Shown: positions 27,150 through 36,007 of the stretch, in pieces
Layout: each line of letters begins with the position of its first letter
Numbering within the stretch: position 1 is the stretch's first letter
Origin: Candidatus Aenigmatarchaeota archaeon
GTDB lineage: Archaea; Aenigmatarchaeota; Aenigmatarchaeia; QMZP01; QMZT01
NCBI GenBank assembly: GCA_041489155.1
Contig: JBGPQP010000006.1
Coordinates: 1,338-65,337 of the forward strand
Direction: 5' to 3'
DNA: 64,000 bases
Program-made: the position numbers and the translations under genes
The notes under the pieces: generated by a model
Database searches by the model: none
Told to the model about the DNA's origin: nothing
The model's input: only the letters and a program-made list of their open reading frames with translations

Positions 27150-27248
27150 TTACTTTTTCCTGTGCCGCATCTTCTTGCGTCTCTTCTTCAGCTTGTGCTT
27201 CTTGATTTTCTTCCTTTTTCTTTTCCTGCCACACGGAATACAAATCAC
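27150..27248 (-). CDS. rpl41e: Ribosomal protein eL41-like micro-ORF (32 aa)
   Basis: Reads (V/M)ICIPCGRKRKRKKIKKHKLKKRRKKMRHRKK*. The C-terminal LKKRRKKMRHRKK matches the eL41 core LKRKRRKMRQRSK at 8 of 13 positions, the rest K/R swaps. GTG start embedded in AGGUGA, so the start is uncertain. Not in the ORF track. Confidence 0.5.
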   Translation of the reverse strand: MICIPCGRKRKRKKIKKHKLKKRRKKMRHRKK

Positions 27249-27288
27249 CTTTAATTATTATTTGGCATGTCCTACTAATATTTTTGAA

Positions 27289-27452
27289 AGCCCCGGGCGA
27301 GGATTGAACTCGCGACCTTTCGCTTTTTGTCGGCAGAATATTCGTTTTCTGCCTAAGCTCTTTCCTAAAGAGCTTATACCAAGCGAACGCTCTGTAGGGA
27401 TTGAAGCAGGTTTCACCTGCTTCGCTCGAAATTACCACTGAGCTACCGAGGC
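27289..27452 (-). tRNA. tRNA-Thr (GGU) with two insertions: D-region (about 27393-27432, 40 nt) and canonical 37/38 (27325-27376, 52 nt)
   Basis: Acceptor GCCUCGG/CCGGGGC (one G.U), D stem GCUC/GAGC, anticodon arm UUCGC-UUGGUA|..|A-GCGAA, variable AGGUC, T arm GCGAG-UUCAAUC-CUCGC, discriminator U. The spliced length is 72 nt. The D-region boundary is ambiguous because GAGCG is duplicated. Confidence 0.8.
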
Positions 27453-27494
27453 GGATAATATACAATAAATTATCTTCTTTTTATTTATGAAAGC

Positions 27495-28283
27495 TTAAAA
27501 CAGGAAAACCCTTTCCGTCTTTATCTTGTCTCCGGCTTGTTTTCCAAGTGCTATTATAGAGCCGCCTTTGTCGAATATCCCAACTGTTCCATCGGTGTCT
27601 GTTTTCTCTCTCCTGAAAATGAAATCCGGAAAAACAGGGCTGCCGTTCCTTATTTTTACAATCGCTTCATCGTTCACGATAACTTTTTTGAGGCCAACCC
27701 TTTCGAGGATCTCTTCAAGCGGCACGACGTCTTTTTCGCTGAGCTTTGAAAGAGTAACGGCTTCATCAATAACGAAGGGCCCAATTTTGGTCCTGCGAAG
27801 CTCTGTCATGTGGGCGCCGCAGCCAAGTGCCTGGCCGATGTCATGGACCAGCTTGCGGATGTACGTGCCCGCCTCGCAGCTCACAGAGAAAGCGACTTCC
27901 CTTCTCTGCATTCTAAGTATTCTAAGCCAGTTGACTCTCCGCTTTCTCTCGACCCTCGCGACTCGTGATTTTACAGGAGGCTTCTGGATGATTTCGCCGG
28001 TGAATTTCTTGAAGGCGTTTTCAACCGCTTCGCGTTCGGCATCTGCATGTATAAGCATCATGCCTTCGTATTCCTTGTCCATACCCATGAGGACAGGCAT
28101 CGCCTTCCTCGCTTCTTCCAGGGCGATGAGCATGAGGCCTGTGACGTTGGGGTCGAGCGTTCCCGCATGGCCGCCGCGCTCTGCGCCTAGGATTTTGCAT
28201 GTTTTCTCCACGACGTCGAAACTCGTCATCCCGCTGGGCTTGTCGACAAGAACGACGCCTTTACATAGAGTTGGATTTTTCAT
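27495..28283 (-). CDS. truB: tRNA pseudouridine synthase, TruB/Cbf5 family, with a PUA domain
   Basis: VLVDKPSGMTSFDVV and the catalytic GHAGTLDPNVTG; C-terminal PUA-like segment. Short for a Cbf5. Confidence 0.88.
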   Translation of the reverse strand: MKNPTLCKGVVLVDKPSGMTSFDVVEKTCKILGAERGGHAGTLDPNVTGLMLIALEEARKAMPVLMGMDKEYEGMMLIHADAEREAVENAFKKFTGEIIQKPPVKSRVARVERKRRVNWLRILRMQRREVAFSVSCEAGTYIRKLVHDIGQALGCGAHMTELRRTKIGPFVIDEAVTLSKLSEKDVVPLEEILERVGLKKVIVNDEAIVKIRNGSPVFPDFIFRREKTDTDGTVGIFDKGGSIIALGKQAGDKIKTERVFLF

Positions 28284-28921
28284 GCAGCATCAATTAGTTT
28301 TATAATTTCAGATACATCGTCGATGACGCGTATAAGATTGAAATCGATTTTGTTCATGTAATTATTTTTCAGGGCACTGGCCTTCAGCCAGCTGAAAAGA
28401 CCTTTCCAGTAGTTTTTACCGACGCATATGAGCGGGATTCTGTCTACAATGTCGTTCTGCATCAGCATCGCATTCTCCAGCAATTCGTTGAGCGTCCCGA
28501 AGCCGCCGGGATAATAAACGATTGCCTCTGTCTTTATCAGCATTATGAACCTGCGCACGAAAAAGAAATGGAAATGCAGCGTGTCGGTGTACAGCTTGTC
28601 TATGATTTTTTCGTTTTCAAGCAGCTCGGACTTGCAGCCTATTGATCTAGTTTTGGCTTCCATCGCTCCAAGATTGGCGGCGTGCATTATGCCGGGCCCT
28701 CCGCCGGTCATTATGGCGTATTTTTTCCTGCCCAGCTCAAAGGCGAGCTTTTTCGCGTGCTCGTAGTATTTGTTGCCGGGCCTGATCCTGGCAGAACCCT
28801 GGAACACGACGATCCTGGAATTTATCTTTTTTAACAGATCCAGGCCGGCCTTTATCTCGCTGCCTGCCTTTCCGGCCGTCCAGTCGTCGTGGTAAAGCCT
28901 GTTCTTGTGGAATCTGACCAT
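28280..28921 (-). CDS. LOG-family (TIGR00730) nucleotide phosphoribohydrolase-like protein
   Basis: Start moved to ATG 28921 (MVRFHKN). Motifs GGGPGIMHAAN and PGGFGTLNELLE. Confidence 0.8.
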   Translation of the reverse strand: MVRFHKNRLYHDDWTAGKAGSEIKAGLDLLKKINSRIVVFQGSARIRPGNKYYEHAKKLAFELGRKKYAIMTGGGPGIMHAANLGAMEAKTRSIGCKSELLENEKIIDKLYTDTLHFHFFFVRRFIMLIKTEAIVYYPGGFGTLNELLENAMLMQNDIVDRIPLICVGKNYWKGLFSWLKASALKNNYMNKIDFNLIRVIDDVSEIIKLIDAA

Positions 28922-28955
28922 AATAATAATTGTGATTATTTTAAAAAGAAAAAAT

Positions 28956-29783
28956 TTATACGGCTTCCTCTTTTTTCTTGTTTTCCTTCGCCTCAGCCTT
29001 CTCTTTTCTGGCCGCTTTTTTCTTTTCCTTCTTCGGCTCCGCTGCCTTTTCGGCCGGCTTTGCCTCTTCTTCCTCTGGCGTCTCTGCCTTCTCCGGCCTT
29101 CCTGCATGGAATTCCGGGGACTTCAGAACCTTTATCTTCGCGATTTCCGAGAACCTGACAGGATAAATCTTGCTGCCGGATTTCTTTATCATCATCTGCA
29201 ATTCGGTCGTGAGGATTTTCCTGACGATCTCGCCCATGTCGTTCTTTTTCGCAAAGTCGTTGAAGAAACCGGAAACCATGTGCCTCATCTTTGTCTCGAC
29301 GGTCGCGACGGGCTTGCCGTTGAGTATGGTCCAGGGCTTTATCCTGAGGACCCAGCCGTCCTTGGTGGCGACATCGACGACGCTTTCGACCTTCTGGTTC
29401 CTCTTCCTGACCATCCTCATCAGATGGTCCCTCGTGCAGTCCAGACCGTTGAAGGCCGTAAGGCACGTCTTGCCCTCGATTTGGGTTATCTTTACGCTCA
29501 GCTTCATGTAGTATTTGTTGTTATCCCCTGTTATGTCCGGCACGCCGACTTCCATGTTCCTGCCGATAAGCGATTTGGGATCAGTCGCCGGCGTCTGGCC
29601 TAGGACCTTCGCGCCGAATTCCCTAGGAGCCAAGATATTGAACCAGTCCTTGCCTTTCCATTTTTTGACCAGTATTTTCTCTTCTACCTGGTCCGGCATG
29701 GCTTCCTTCTCCAGCTTCGCCTCTTTCTTCTTCTCTTCTGGCTGCTGCTCTTCTTTCAGCCTCGGTTTGTTCTTCATGCCCAT
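28956..29783 (-). CDS. rps3ae: Ribosomal protein eS1 (S3Ae) with K/E-rich N- and C-terminal extensions
   Basis: Core VKKWKGKDWFNILAPREF...; an alternative start is ATG 29699 (MPDQVEEK). Overlaps the 3' end of the RecJ-like gene in another frame. Confidence 0.85.
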   Translation of the reverse strand: MGMKNKPRLKEEQQPEEKKKEAKLEKEAMPDQVEEKILVKKWKGKDWFNILAPREFGAKVLGQTPATDPKSLIGRNMEVGVPDITGDNNKYYMKLSVKITQIEGKTCLTAFNGLDCTRDHLMRMVRKRNQKVESVVDVATKDGWVLRIKPWTILNGKPVATVETKMRHMVSGFFNDFAKKNDMGEIVRKILTTELQMMIKKSGSKIYPVRFSEIAKIKVLKSPEFHAGRPEKAETPEEEEAKPAEKAAEPKKEKKKAARKEKAEAKENKKKEEAV

Positions 29784-31191
29784 GTTTTACACCAACAATA
29801 TTTGTAAGTATTAGTTCAGTCATATTTATAAATTCCTCCTGCCTTTCTTTCGGTATCACGCCCGCCGCCGCTCCGACGTGGCCGCCTCCGTCGCCGCCCA
29901 GTTTTGTGGAAACCTCGCTCATTATCTCGTTGAGTTTAATGCCGTTAACCAAAAGCGAGTCGCTTGCCCTTGCCGATATCTTTATGCCGTCTTCAGCGTC
30001 GACTATGCCGAAAAGCGGTTTCTCGGGAAAAATGCCGGAATGGTTGATGACCGAGATTACGTTGGAAATTATGTGCTCCGATATGTTCGAATCGGCGAGG
30101 ACATAGATGCCGTTCATGACCCTGACCAGGTCGGCGTTTTTGGTGTTCGAGTTTACCCAGCTGACGCCCCTTCCTATCTCTCTCCTGTAGTCATCGAAGG
30201 TCGCTCTCGCCTTTTCATACGCTTTTTTGACGTTGAAGCAGAGAGCAATGCCGAGATTCGCACGGCCCATCTTGCCGCAGGCATTCAGCAGCGTGGCAAA
30301 TTCATTCGCGTCGCGGAATTCGCCTTCGTTCGCCGGCAGCTCGTAAATGTCGCCGAAAATGAAATCCGGATTCTCGTGGTTCGCCATTATCCTTTCCTTG
30401 ATTATCCCGTCAGCAAGGCTTCTCTGCTCCTCGGGCGTGAGGTCAGCTATGGTGCGCCATTCTTCGCCTTTCTTGGCAGGTATGCCTAGGTCATGCAAAA
30501 ACTGGAGGCTCGCCGACTCAGAATTGGTTATGCCGGGGATGAAGGGGTCGATTGAATAGGCCAGAGCTTTGTGGAGAGGACGAGTGTATCTGCCCCAGAG
30601 ATGCAGGCCCTTCGAAACCTTTATCATGCCGTGCGTTTCTGCGTCCTTTAGTATCTCCCTGTTCATGCCGCTCAGGCCCCAGTCCCTGCCTATCGCGTCT
30701 ATCTGCGAGTCGCCTATCGCCCCTATCACGGCTATATGCGCGAGGTCTGAATTTTTGGTATCAAGGGTTTTTGAAAATATATACGTCACGCCCGAGCCCG
30801 AGATGGCGTCTTCCATGCCTTTTTCGGTCGGATTTATGTGTACGATGTTCTCGCTCGCATCGCCGCCGACCTGATGGTGGTCGCATATTATCACGCGCGA
30901 GGCATGGAGGTGTTTTTTGATGAGCTCGATCTGGCCCGAGCCCATGTCAAGGAAAATGACAAGCTTCCGCTTTTCGCCAGCGACGCTCTCGAGGATTTTA
31001 TTGCTCAACTGTTTTACAATGGAGAGGTGGAAATCCTTGCCGAGCCTTTCCAGCGTCCTAGCCATTATAGCGGCGGAGGTTATACCATCGGCGTCGTAAT
31101 GCGAAAAAACGCGGATCTGGTCTCTTGTATCAAGCAGCCATTCCTTCCCCCGTTCCGCCTGTCTTGTCATACGATCGAATCTTTCCTGCAT
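29623..31191 (-). CDS. DHH/DHHA1 phosphoesterase, RecJ-like (archaeal GAN/Cdc45-RecJ family)
   Basis: DHH motifs: SHYDADGITS, IFLDMGSG, ICDHHQ, GGGHVGAAAG. The last ~55 aa are low-complexity and overlap rps3ae. Confidence 0.8.
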   Translation of the reverse strand: MQERFDRMTRQAERGKEWLLDTRDQIRVFSHYDADGITSAAIMARTLERLGKDFHLSIVKQLSNKILESVAGEKRKLVIFLDMGSGQIELIKKHLHASRVIICDHHQVGGDASENIVHINPTEKGMEDAISGSGVTYIFSKTLDTKNSDLAHIAVIGAIGDSQIDAIGRDWGLSGMNREILKDAETHGMIKVSKGLHLWGRYTRPLHKALAYSIDPFIPGITNSESASLQFLHDLGIPAKKGEEWRTIADLTPEEQRSLADGIIKERIMANHENPDFIFGDIYELPANEGEFRDANEFATLLNACGKMGRANLGIALCFNVKKAYEKARATFDDYRREIGRGVSWVNSNTKNADLVRVMNGIYVLADSNISEHIISNVISVINHSGIFPEKPLFGIVDAEDGIKISARASDSLLVNGIKLNEIMSEVSTKLGGDGGGHVGAAAGVIPKERQEEFINMTELILTNIVGVKHGHEEQTEAERRAAARREEERGEAGEGSHAGPGRRENTGQKMERQGLVQYLGS

Positions 31192-31311
31192 GCTGACCAG
31201 TTTTATAATAAAGTTACCAGTTATTTATTGTTGGCGGTTGCCATAAGCAAACCAAGTCCATGAAAAATTGACTATTCAATTATTTAAAGTAACAATTAGA
31301 ACTAATTTTCA

Positions 31312-33405
31312 ATGACCTCTATGACCCACAAAACTCTCATAACAGCGGCCCTGATATACGCGAACGGTCCGGTCCATGTAGGACATCTGGTGGAATACAT
31401 TCAGACTGACATATACACCCGCTTCCTTAAGCAGAGGGGCTTTGACGCAATATACTGCTGCGCGGACGACACGCACGGCACTCCCATCGAAGTCTCAGCG
31501 CTTAGGGCAGGTCTCGCTCCAGAGGAATTCATAAAGACATGGTTCGAAGAGCACAAGAAAGACTTCGCCGACTTCCACATCCATTTCGACAGCTATTATA
31601 CCACGCATTCGGATGAGAACAGGAATTTCACAAACCTCATATTCAAGAACCTCAAGGAAAACGGCCACATCTACAAAAAAAACGTGAAACAGCTTTACTG
31701 CGAAAAATGCAAGCGCTTCCTTCCGGACAGATTCGTGAAAGGCGCCTGTCCCAAATGTGGCGCAGAGGACCAGTACGGCGACGTGTGTGAAGCGTGCGGC
31801 TCGACTTACAAACCAAGCGATCTGAAACATCCTTGCTGCAGCATCTGCAGGAACCCGCCAGTGTTCAAGGATTCCGACCATTACTTCTTCAGGCTCAGCG
31901 CCTTTTCAGACCGCTTACGCGAATGGCTGAAAACGAACGAGAACCTGCAGAGCGACATAAAGAACTACGTGCTTTCATGGATCGACAAGGGCCTCGAGGA
32001 CTGGTGCATTTCGAGGGACGCTCCTTACTTCGGCTTCAAGATCCCCGGCGAGAAGGACAAGTATTTCTACGTCTGGCTTGACGCGCCGATAGGCTACATC
32101 GCCTCGACGGAGAATTACTGCCAGCACCGCGGCTGCTCTGCGACGGGGGATTACTGGAAATCCAAGCATTCGACCATCGTACATTTCATCGGCAAGGACA
32201 TCGCCTACTTCCATCTCATTTTCTGGCCTGCTGTCCTCATGGGCTCGGGCTTCAAGACGCCGGACAACGTCGTGGTCCACGGCTTCCTGACCGTGAACGG
32301 GGAGAAAATGTCCAAGTCGAGAGGCACGTTCATCACGGCGAGGGAATTCGTGCAGGCAGCAAATCCCGAATTCCTGCGCTATCATTACGCTTCCAATCTT
32401 ACGCACACGACCAGCGACATAGACCTGAACTTCGACGACTTCAGGAGCAGGATAAACAACGAGCTGATAGGCAACATAGCGAACTTCTGTTATCGCACGC
32501 TGAGCTTCATCTCGAAGAATGCTGAAGGCAAAATAGGCAAGATCGGCAAGAAGAACAGGGACCACATGGTGCTCGAAAGGGTCAATGATCTGCTGCATGC
32601 CGCGGAAAAAAATTACCAAGAAATCGCCCTCAGGGAAGTGGTCAAAAACGCTGTTGAGATAAGCAACATGGGCAACCGCTATTTCCAGGAGAACGAGCCG
32701 TGGAAGCTCACCAAGAAAGAGGACCAGGAGCGTCTGGAAGAGGTGCTCGCGGTTTCGGCAAACATCGTGAAGAAGCTCGCCATCGTGCTTCATCCGATAC
32801 TGCCGCAGTTTTCAGAGAAGCTCGCGCACCAGCTGAACATCAAAAGCCTTGAATGGAAGGACACGCACGCGTATCTTGAGGACCATAAGATGGGAAAGCC
32901 GGAGATAATCTTCAGGAGAATCGAGCGCATAGAGTTCTCCGACCCGTTCTCAGCGCTCGACCTGCGGGTCGCGAAGGTCGAGAACGTCGAAGACGTCCCC
33001 GATTCCGACAAGCTTTACGTCGTGCACCTCGACCTCGGCGCGGAAAAGCGGAAGATAGTCGCCGGCCTCAAGGACATCTATTCGAAGAAGGATCTGAAGG
33101 GCAAACACATCGTCGTCATATGCAATCTCAAGAAGGCGAAGCTCCGAGGCATCGAGTCGGAGGGCATGCTGCTCGCCGCTGATGACGGCAAGAAAATCGG
33201 CCTTTTGCTTTCGAAGGACAAGCCTGGCGCGAGCGTCATAATCGAAGGCGTTGAAAAAAGGCCGGCGAAGGAGCTCGATATGAAAGAGTTCGCGAAGCTC
33301 AGCCTGAAGAGCAAAGGTGGCAAAGCGTATTACAAGGACAAAGCGCTGAAAACAGTAGCTGGAGAAATAGCAGTGGATAGAGGTATAGAAGGCGCCGTCA
33401 AGTAA
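31312..33405 (+). CDS. metG: Methionyl-tRNA synthetase with a C-terminal Trbp111/EMAP-like tRNA-binding domain
   Basis: HVGH (HIGH), KMSKS, four-Cys knuckle CEKC...CPKC...CEAC...CSIC, and a C-terminal OB domain LRVAKVENVE... Confidence 0.92.
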   Translation: MTSMTHKTLITAALIYANGPVHVGHLVEYIQTDIYTRFLKQRGFDAIYCCADDTHGTPIEVSALRAGLAPEEFIKTWFEEHKKDFADFHIHFDSYYTTHSDENRNFTNLIFKNLKENGHIYKKNVKQLYCEKCKRFLPDRFVKGACPKCGAEDQYGDVCEACGSTYKPSDLKHPCCSICRNPPVFKDSDHYFFRLSAFSDRLREWLKTNENLQSDIKNYVLSWIDKGLEDWCISRDAPYFGFKIPGEKDKYFYVWLDAPIGYIASTENYCQHRGCSATGDYWKSKHSTIVHFIGKDIAYFHLIFWPAVLMGSGFKTPDNVVVHGFLTVNGEKMSKSRGTFITAREFVQAANPEFLRYHYASNLTHTTSDIDLNFDDFRSRINNELIGNIANFCYRTLSFISKNAEGKIGKIGKKNRDHMVLERVNDLLHAAEKNYQEIALREVVKNAVEISNMGNRYFQENEPWKLTKKEDQERLEEVLAVSANIVKKLAIVLHPILPQFSEKLAHQLNIKSLEWKDTHAYLEDHKMGKPEIIFRRIERIEFSDPFSALDLRVAKVENVEDVPDSDKLYVVHLDLGAEKRKIVAGLKDIYSKKDLKGKHIVVICNLKKAKLRGIESEGMLLAADDGKKIGLLLSKDKPGASVIIEGVEKRPAKELDMKEFAKLSLKSKGGKAYYKDKALKTVAGEIAVDRGIEGAVK

Positions 33406-33457
33406 AAACGGCTTAAACTGTTTTTAATCCCGCAATCCGATTATTCAAGGTGATTTC

Positions 33458-34660
33458 ATGCTCATAGGCATCGTAGGGAAAACCAATACCGGAAAATCAA
33501 CATTCCTTAAGGCGCTGACGCTCGCGGACGTGGAAATCTCGAACCGCGTTTTCACGACGATTGATCCGAATCACGCGGTCGGCTATGTCAAGGCGAAATG
33601 CCCTGCTGTGAAGGTCGGAACGCCGTGCAAGCCGAACGTCGGCTACTGCAAACACGGGATAAGATTCATCCCTGTCGAACTTCTCGACGTCGCCGGCCTA
33701 GTGCCGGGGGCGCATATGGGAAAAGGCCTCGGTCTCAAATTCCTGGATGATCTGCGGCAGGCCGATGCTTTCATTCATGTCATCGATGTGTCGGGCTCGA
33801 CGAACGAGAACGGCGAACCGGTCGCTTCCGGCAGCTACGACCCAGCCAGAGACGTGCGCTTTTTGGAAGAGGAAATAGGCTACTGGTTCTTCGGCATGAT
33901 GAAGAAGAACTGGGCCAAGTTCTCGAAGGAAGTCGAGATGAACAAGAAAAACATCACCGAATCTCTTGTCCAGCAGTTTTCCGGCCTCAAGGTAACCGAA
34001 GACCAGATAAAGAAGGTGCTGGAAAAAATAGACCTTCACGGAATGTCGCCGATGAAATGGAGCGACAACGAACTCTGTCGCTTCGCCTTCGAGCTGCGCA
34101 AGCTTTCGAAGCGTATGATAATCGCGGCGAATAAAATCGACGTGCCCGGCGCGGAGAAAAATGTCGAGCGGCTGAGAGAAGAATTCCCCAATTACACGAT
34201 TATCCCATGCTCCGCAGAGAGCGAGCTCGCACTGAAGGAAGCTGAGAAGCACGGCCTCATAAAATACATTCCAGGCAGCGACACATTTGAAGTCGACGAA
34301 CCGGAAAAACTCAGCGAAAAGCAGAAGCACGCGCTCGAATTCATAAGGAAAAACGTCCTCGAAAAATACGGCTCTACCGGCGCGCAGGAATGCCTGGACA
34401 AGGTCATATTCAGTGTGATGGATTACATCGTGGCTTATCCGGTCGCCAACCTGAGCAGAATGACGGACAAAAAAGGCAACGTCCTGCCTGATGCGCTGCT
34501 CGTGCCAAAGGGAACGAAGCTGAAGGAATTCGCAGCGAAAGTCCACACAGAAATGGCGGACAAGTTCATCGGCGGCATCGACTTCGAGACGAAGCGTAAG
34601 CTGGGAGCGGAACACGAGGTCAGGGACGGCGACGTGATAGAGATTCTGTTCGGCAAATAA
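33458..34660 (+). CDS. Obg/YchF-like P-loop GTPase with a C-terminal TGS domain
   Basis: G1 GKTNTGKST, G3 DVAGL, NKID (G4), C-terminal TGS-like ...VRDGDVIEILF. Confidence 0.8.
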   Translation: MLIGIVGKTNTGKSTFLKALTLADVEISNRVFTTIDPNHAVGYVKAKCPAVKVGTPCKPNVGYCKHGIRFIPVELLDVAGLVPGAHMGKGLGLKFLDDLRQADAFIHVIDVSGSTNENGEPVASGSYDPARDVRFLEEEIGYWFFGMMKKNWAKFSKEVEMNKKNITESLVQQFSGLKVTEDQIKKVLEKIDLHGMSPMKWSDNELCRFAFELRKLSKRMIIAANKIDVPGAEKNVERLREEFPNYTIIPCSAESELALKEAEKHGLIKYIPGSDTFEVDEPEKLSEKQKHALEFIRKNVLEKYGSTGAQECLDKVIFSVMDYIVAYPVANLSRMTDKKGNVLPDALLVPKGTKLKEFAAKVHTEMADKFIGGIDFETKRKLGAEHEVRDGDVIEILFGK

Positions 34661-34667
34661 TTAAAAA

Positions 34668-35957
34668 TTATTTGTACTCCTTCCCCGCCGAAGAATAATG
34701 CACGTCTATCTGGTATTCGCTCTTTGCCTTGTATGTGTCGCCTACTATAATTTCCGTCTTGACCTCATATCTGTCGGATTCCTCTTCTTTTGTTTCCTCG
34801 ACCTGCGGCGCCTTGAATTCGAAGATCGTCTGCTCCTCGTATTTGAATGCAGTCTGCTTGTTGGTGGAGGTGCGGAACCTCCATATCAGTTTGCCATCGG
34901 TATCGATGCAATATAGATGGCAATCATATGACGGTACATAGATTCGACCTTTTTCAATAACGGTTTCGCCATAGATATGACCGTAGGTTTTGAACCGCCA
35001 TATCTCCTTTCCTGTCATGCAATCAAGGCAATAGACGTTGTTGTCCGCGGAGCCGAATATCACATGACCATTTAGAACAACGGGTTTTGCCCCTCCGGAA
35101 CGGTAGCTAGTCCTGAATTTCCAGAGCAATTCCGATTTGGTCAAGTCAACTGCGTAAAAATTCTCGTCATCCGATAAAAAGTAGATGATGCCTTCATGCA
35201 CCAGAGGGACAACATCGACATAGCTGCCCGTCCTGAATCGCCAAACCTCCTTCCCGTCCGAGAGCCTGACGCCGTAAACGTTGAAATCATCGGAACCGAA
35301 ATACACAACCCCTTCATGAACGCAGAACCTGTTCTGATTGAAGATGTTACCTCCCGTCTTGAATCTCCATATCTCCTTTCCATATTTGCTCAGGTAGTAA
35401 AGATTGCCGTCGGACGAACTTATGATTATGTTGCCTTCATGTTCGGTCGGGCATGACCACGACCAGCCGCCTGTCCTAAAAGCCCAAATCATCTTGCCTG
35501 TTTTGCGATTGATGGAATAGACAAAAAAATCATCTGATGAAAATATCGCCATTTCGCCAAGGATGAGCACGGACGAGCCGTCTATTTTTCCTCCTGTCCT
35601 GAAACGCCACACCTCTTCTCCGGTATTCTCATCTAATGCATACATGTTATGGTCGTAACAGCCGAGGTAGATTATGCCGTCTTTTATGACTGGCCATGCA
35701 TCGCTGAATATGCCACCTCCCTTGAATTTCCAAACGAGTCTTCCGCTCGCCTTTTCAAGCTTGTATAGGTAGCCGTCGAGAGCGGCTATGTATAAATGCG
35801 GCCCTTTTATGACAGGTGACGAATTTATGCTGCCTCCGCCCTCTTGCAGGTGCCACGTAAAATAAGCGACCTTGCTGCTTTTTCTGGCGAAGTCGCCGAG
35901 ATCGAAACCGGCGTCGTTATCAAGTGTTGCCATGAAGATGTCGTTTCGTGAAACCAT
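34668..35957 (-). CDS. PQQ-like beta-propeller repeat protein (no signal peptide)
   Basis: About 8 repeats of G(K/E)E(I/V)WRF(K/R)TGG...; acidic C-terminal tail. Paralog of 60200-61471. Confidence 0.8.
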   Translation of the reverse strand: MVSRNDIFMATLDNDAGFDLGDFARKSSKVAYFTWHLQEGGGSINSSPVIKGPHLYIAALDGYLYKLEKASGRLVWKFKGGGIFSDAWPVIKDGIIYLGCYDHNMYALDENTGEEVWRFRTGGKIDGSSVLILGEMAIFSSDDFFVYSINRKTGKMIWAFRTGGWSWSCPTEHEGNIIISSSDGNLYYLSKYGKEIWRFKTGGNIFNQNRFCVHEGVVYFGSDDFNVYGVRLSDGKEVWRFRTGSYVDVVPLVHEGIIYFLSDDENFYAVDLTKSELLWKFRTSYRSGGAKPVVLNGHVIFGSADNNVYCLDCMTGKEIWRFKTYGHIYGETVIEKGRIYVPSYDCHLYCIDTDGKLIWRFRTSTNKQTAFKYEEQTIFEFKAPQVEETKEEESDRYEVKTEIIVGDTYKAKSEYQIDVHYSSAGKEYK

Positions 35958-36007
35958 AACAAAAATTTTCGTTCAAAGGTTTAAAAATCACGAATGAAAT
36001 TTTATTC

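Noticed and set aside
27109-27465. 118-aa ORF on the minus strand
   Set aside because: It runs through the whole tRNA-Thr gene, and its only non-tRNA part is a K/E low-complexity frame. The eL41-like frame in the same region is a better explanation.
28922-29107. Arg/Lys-rich 62-aa N-terminal extension of the LOG-family ORF
   Set aside because: It is an alternative frame of the K/E-rich C-terminal tail of rps3ae. LOG homology starts at ATG 28921.
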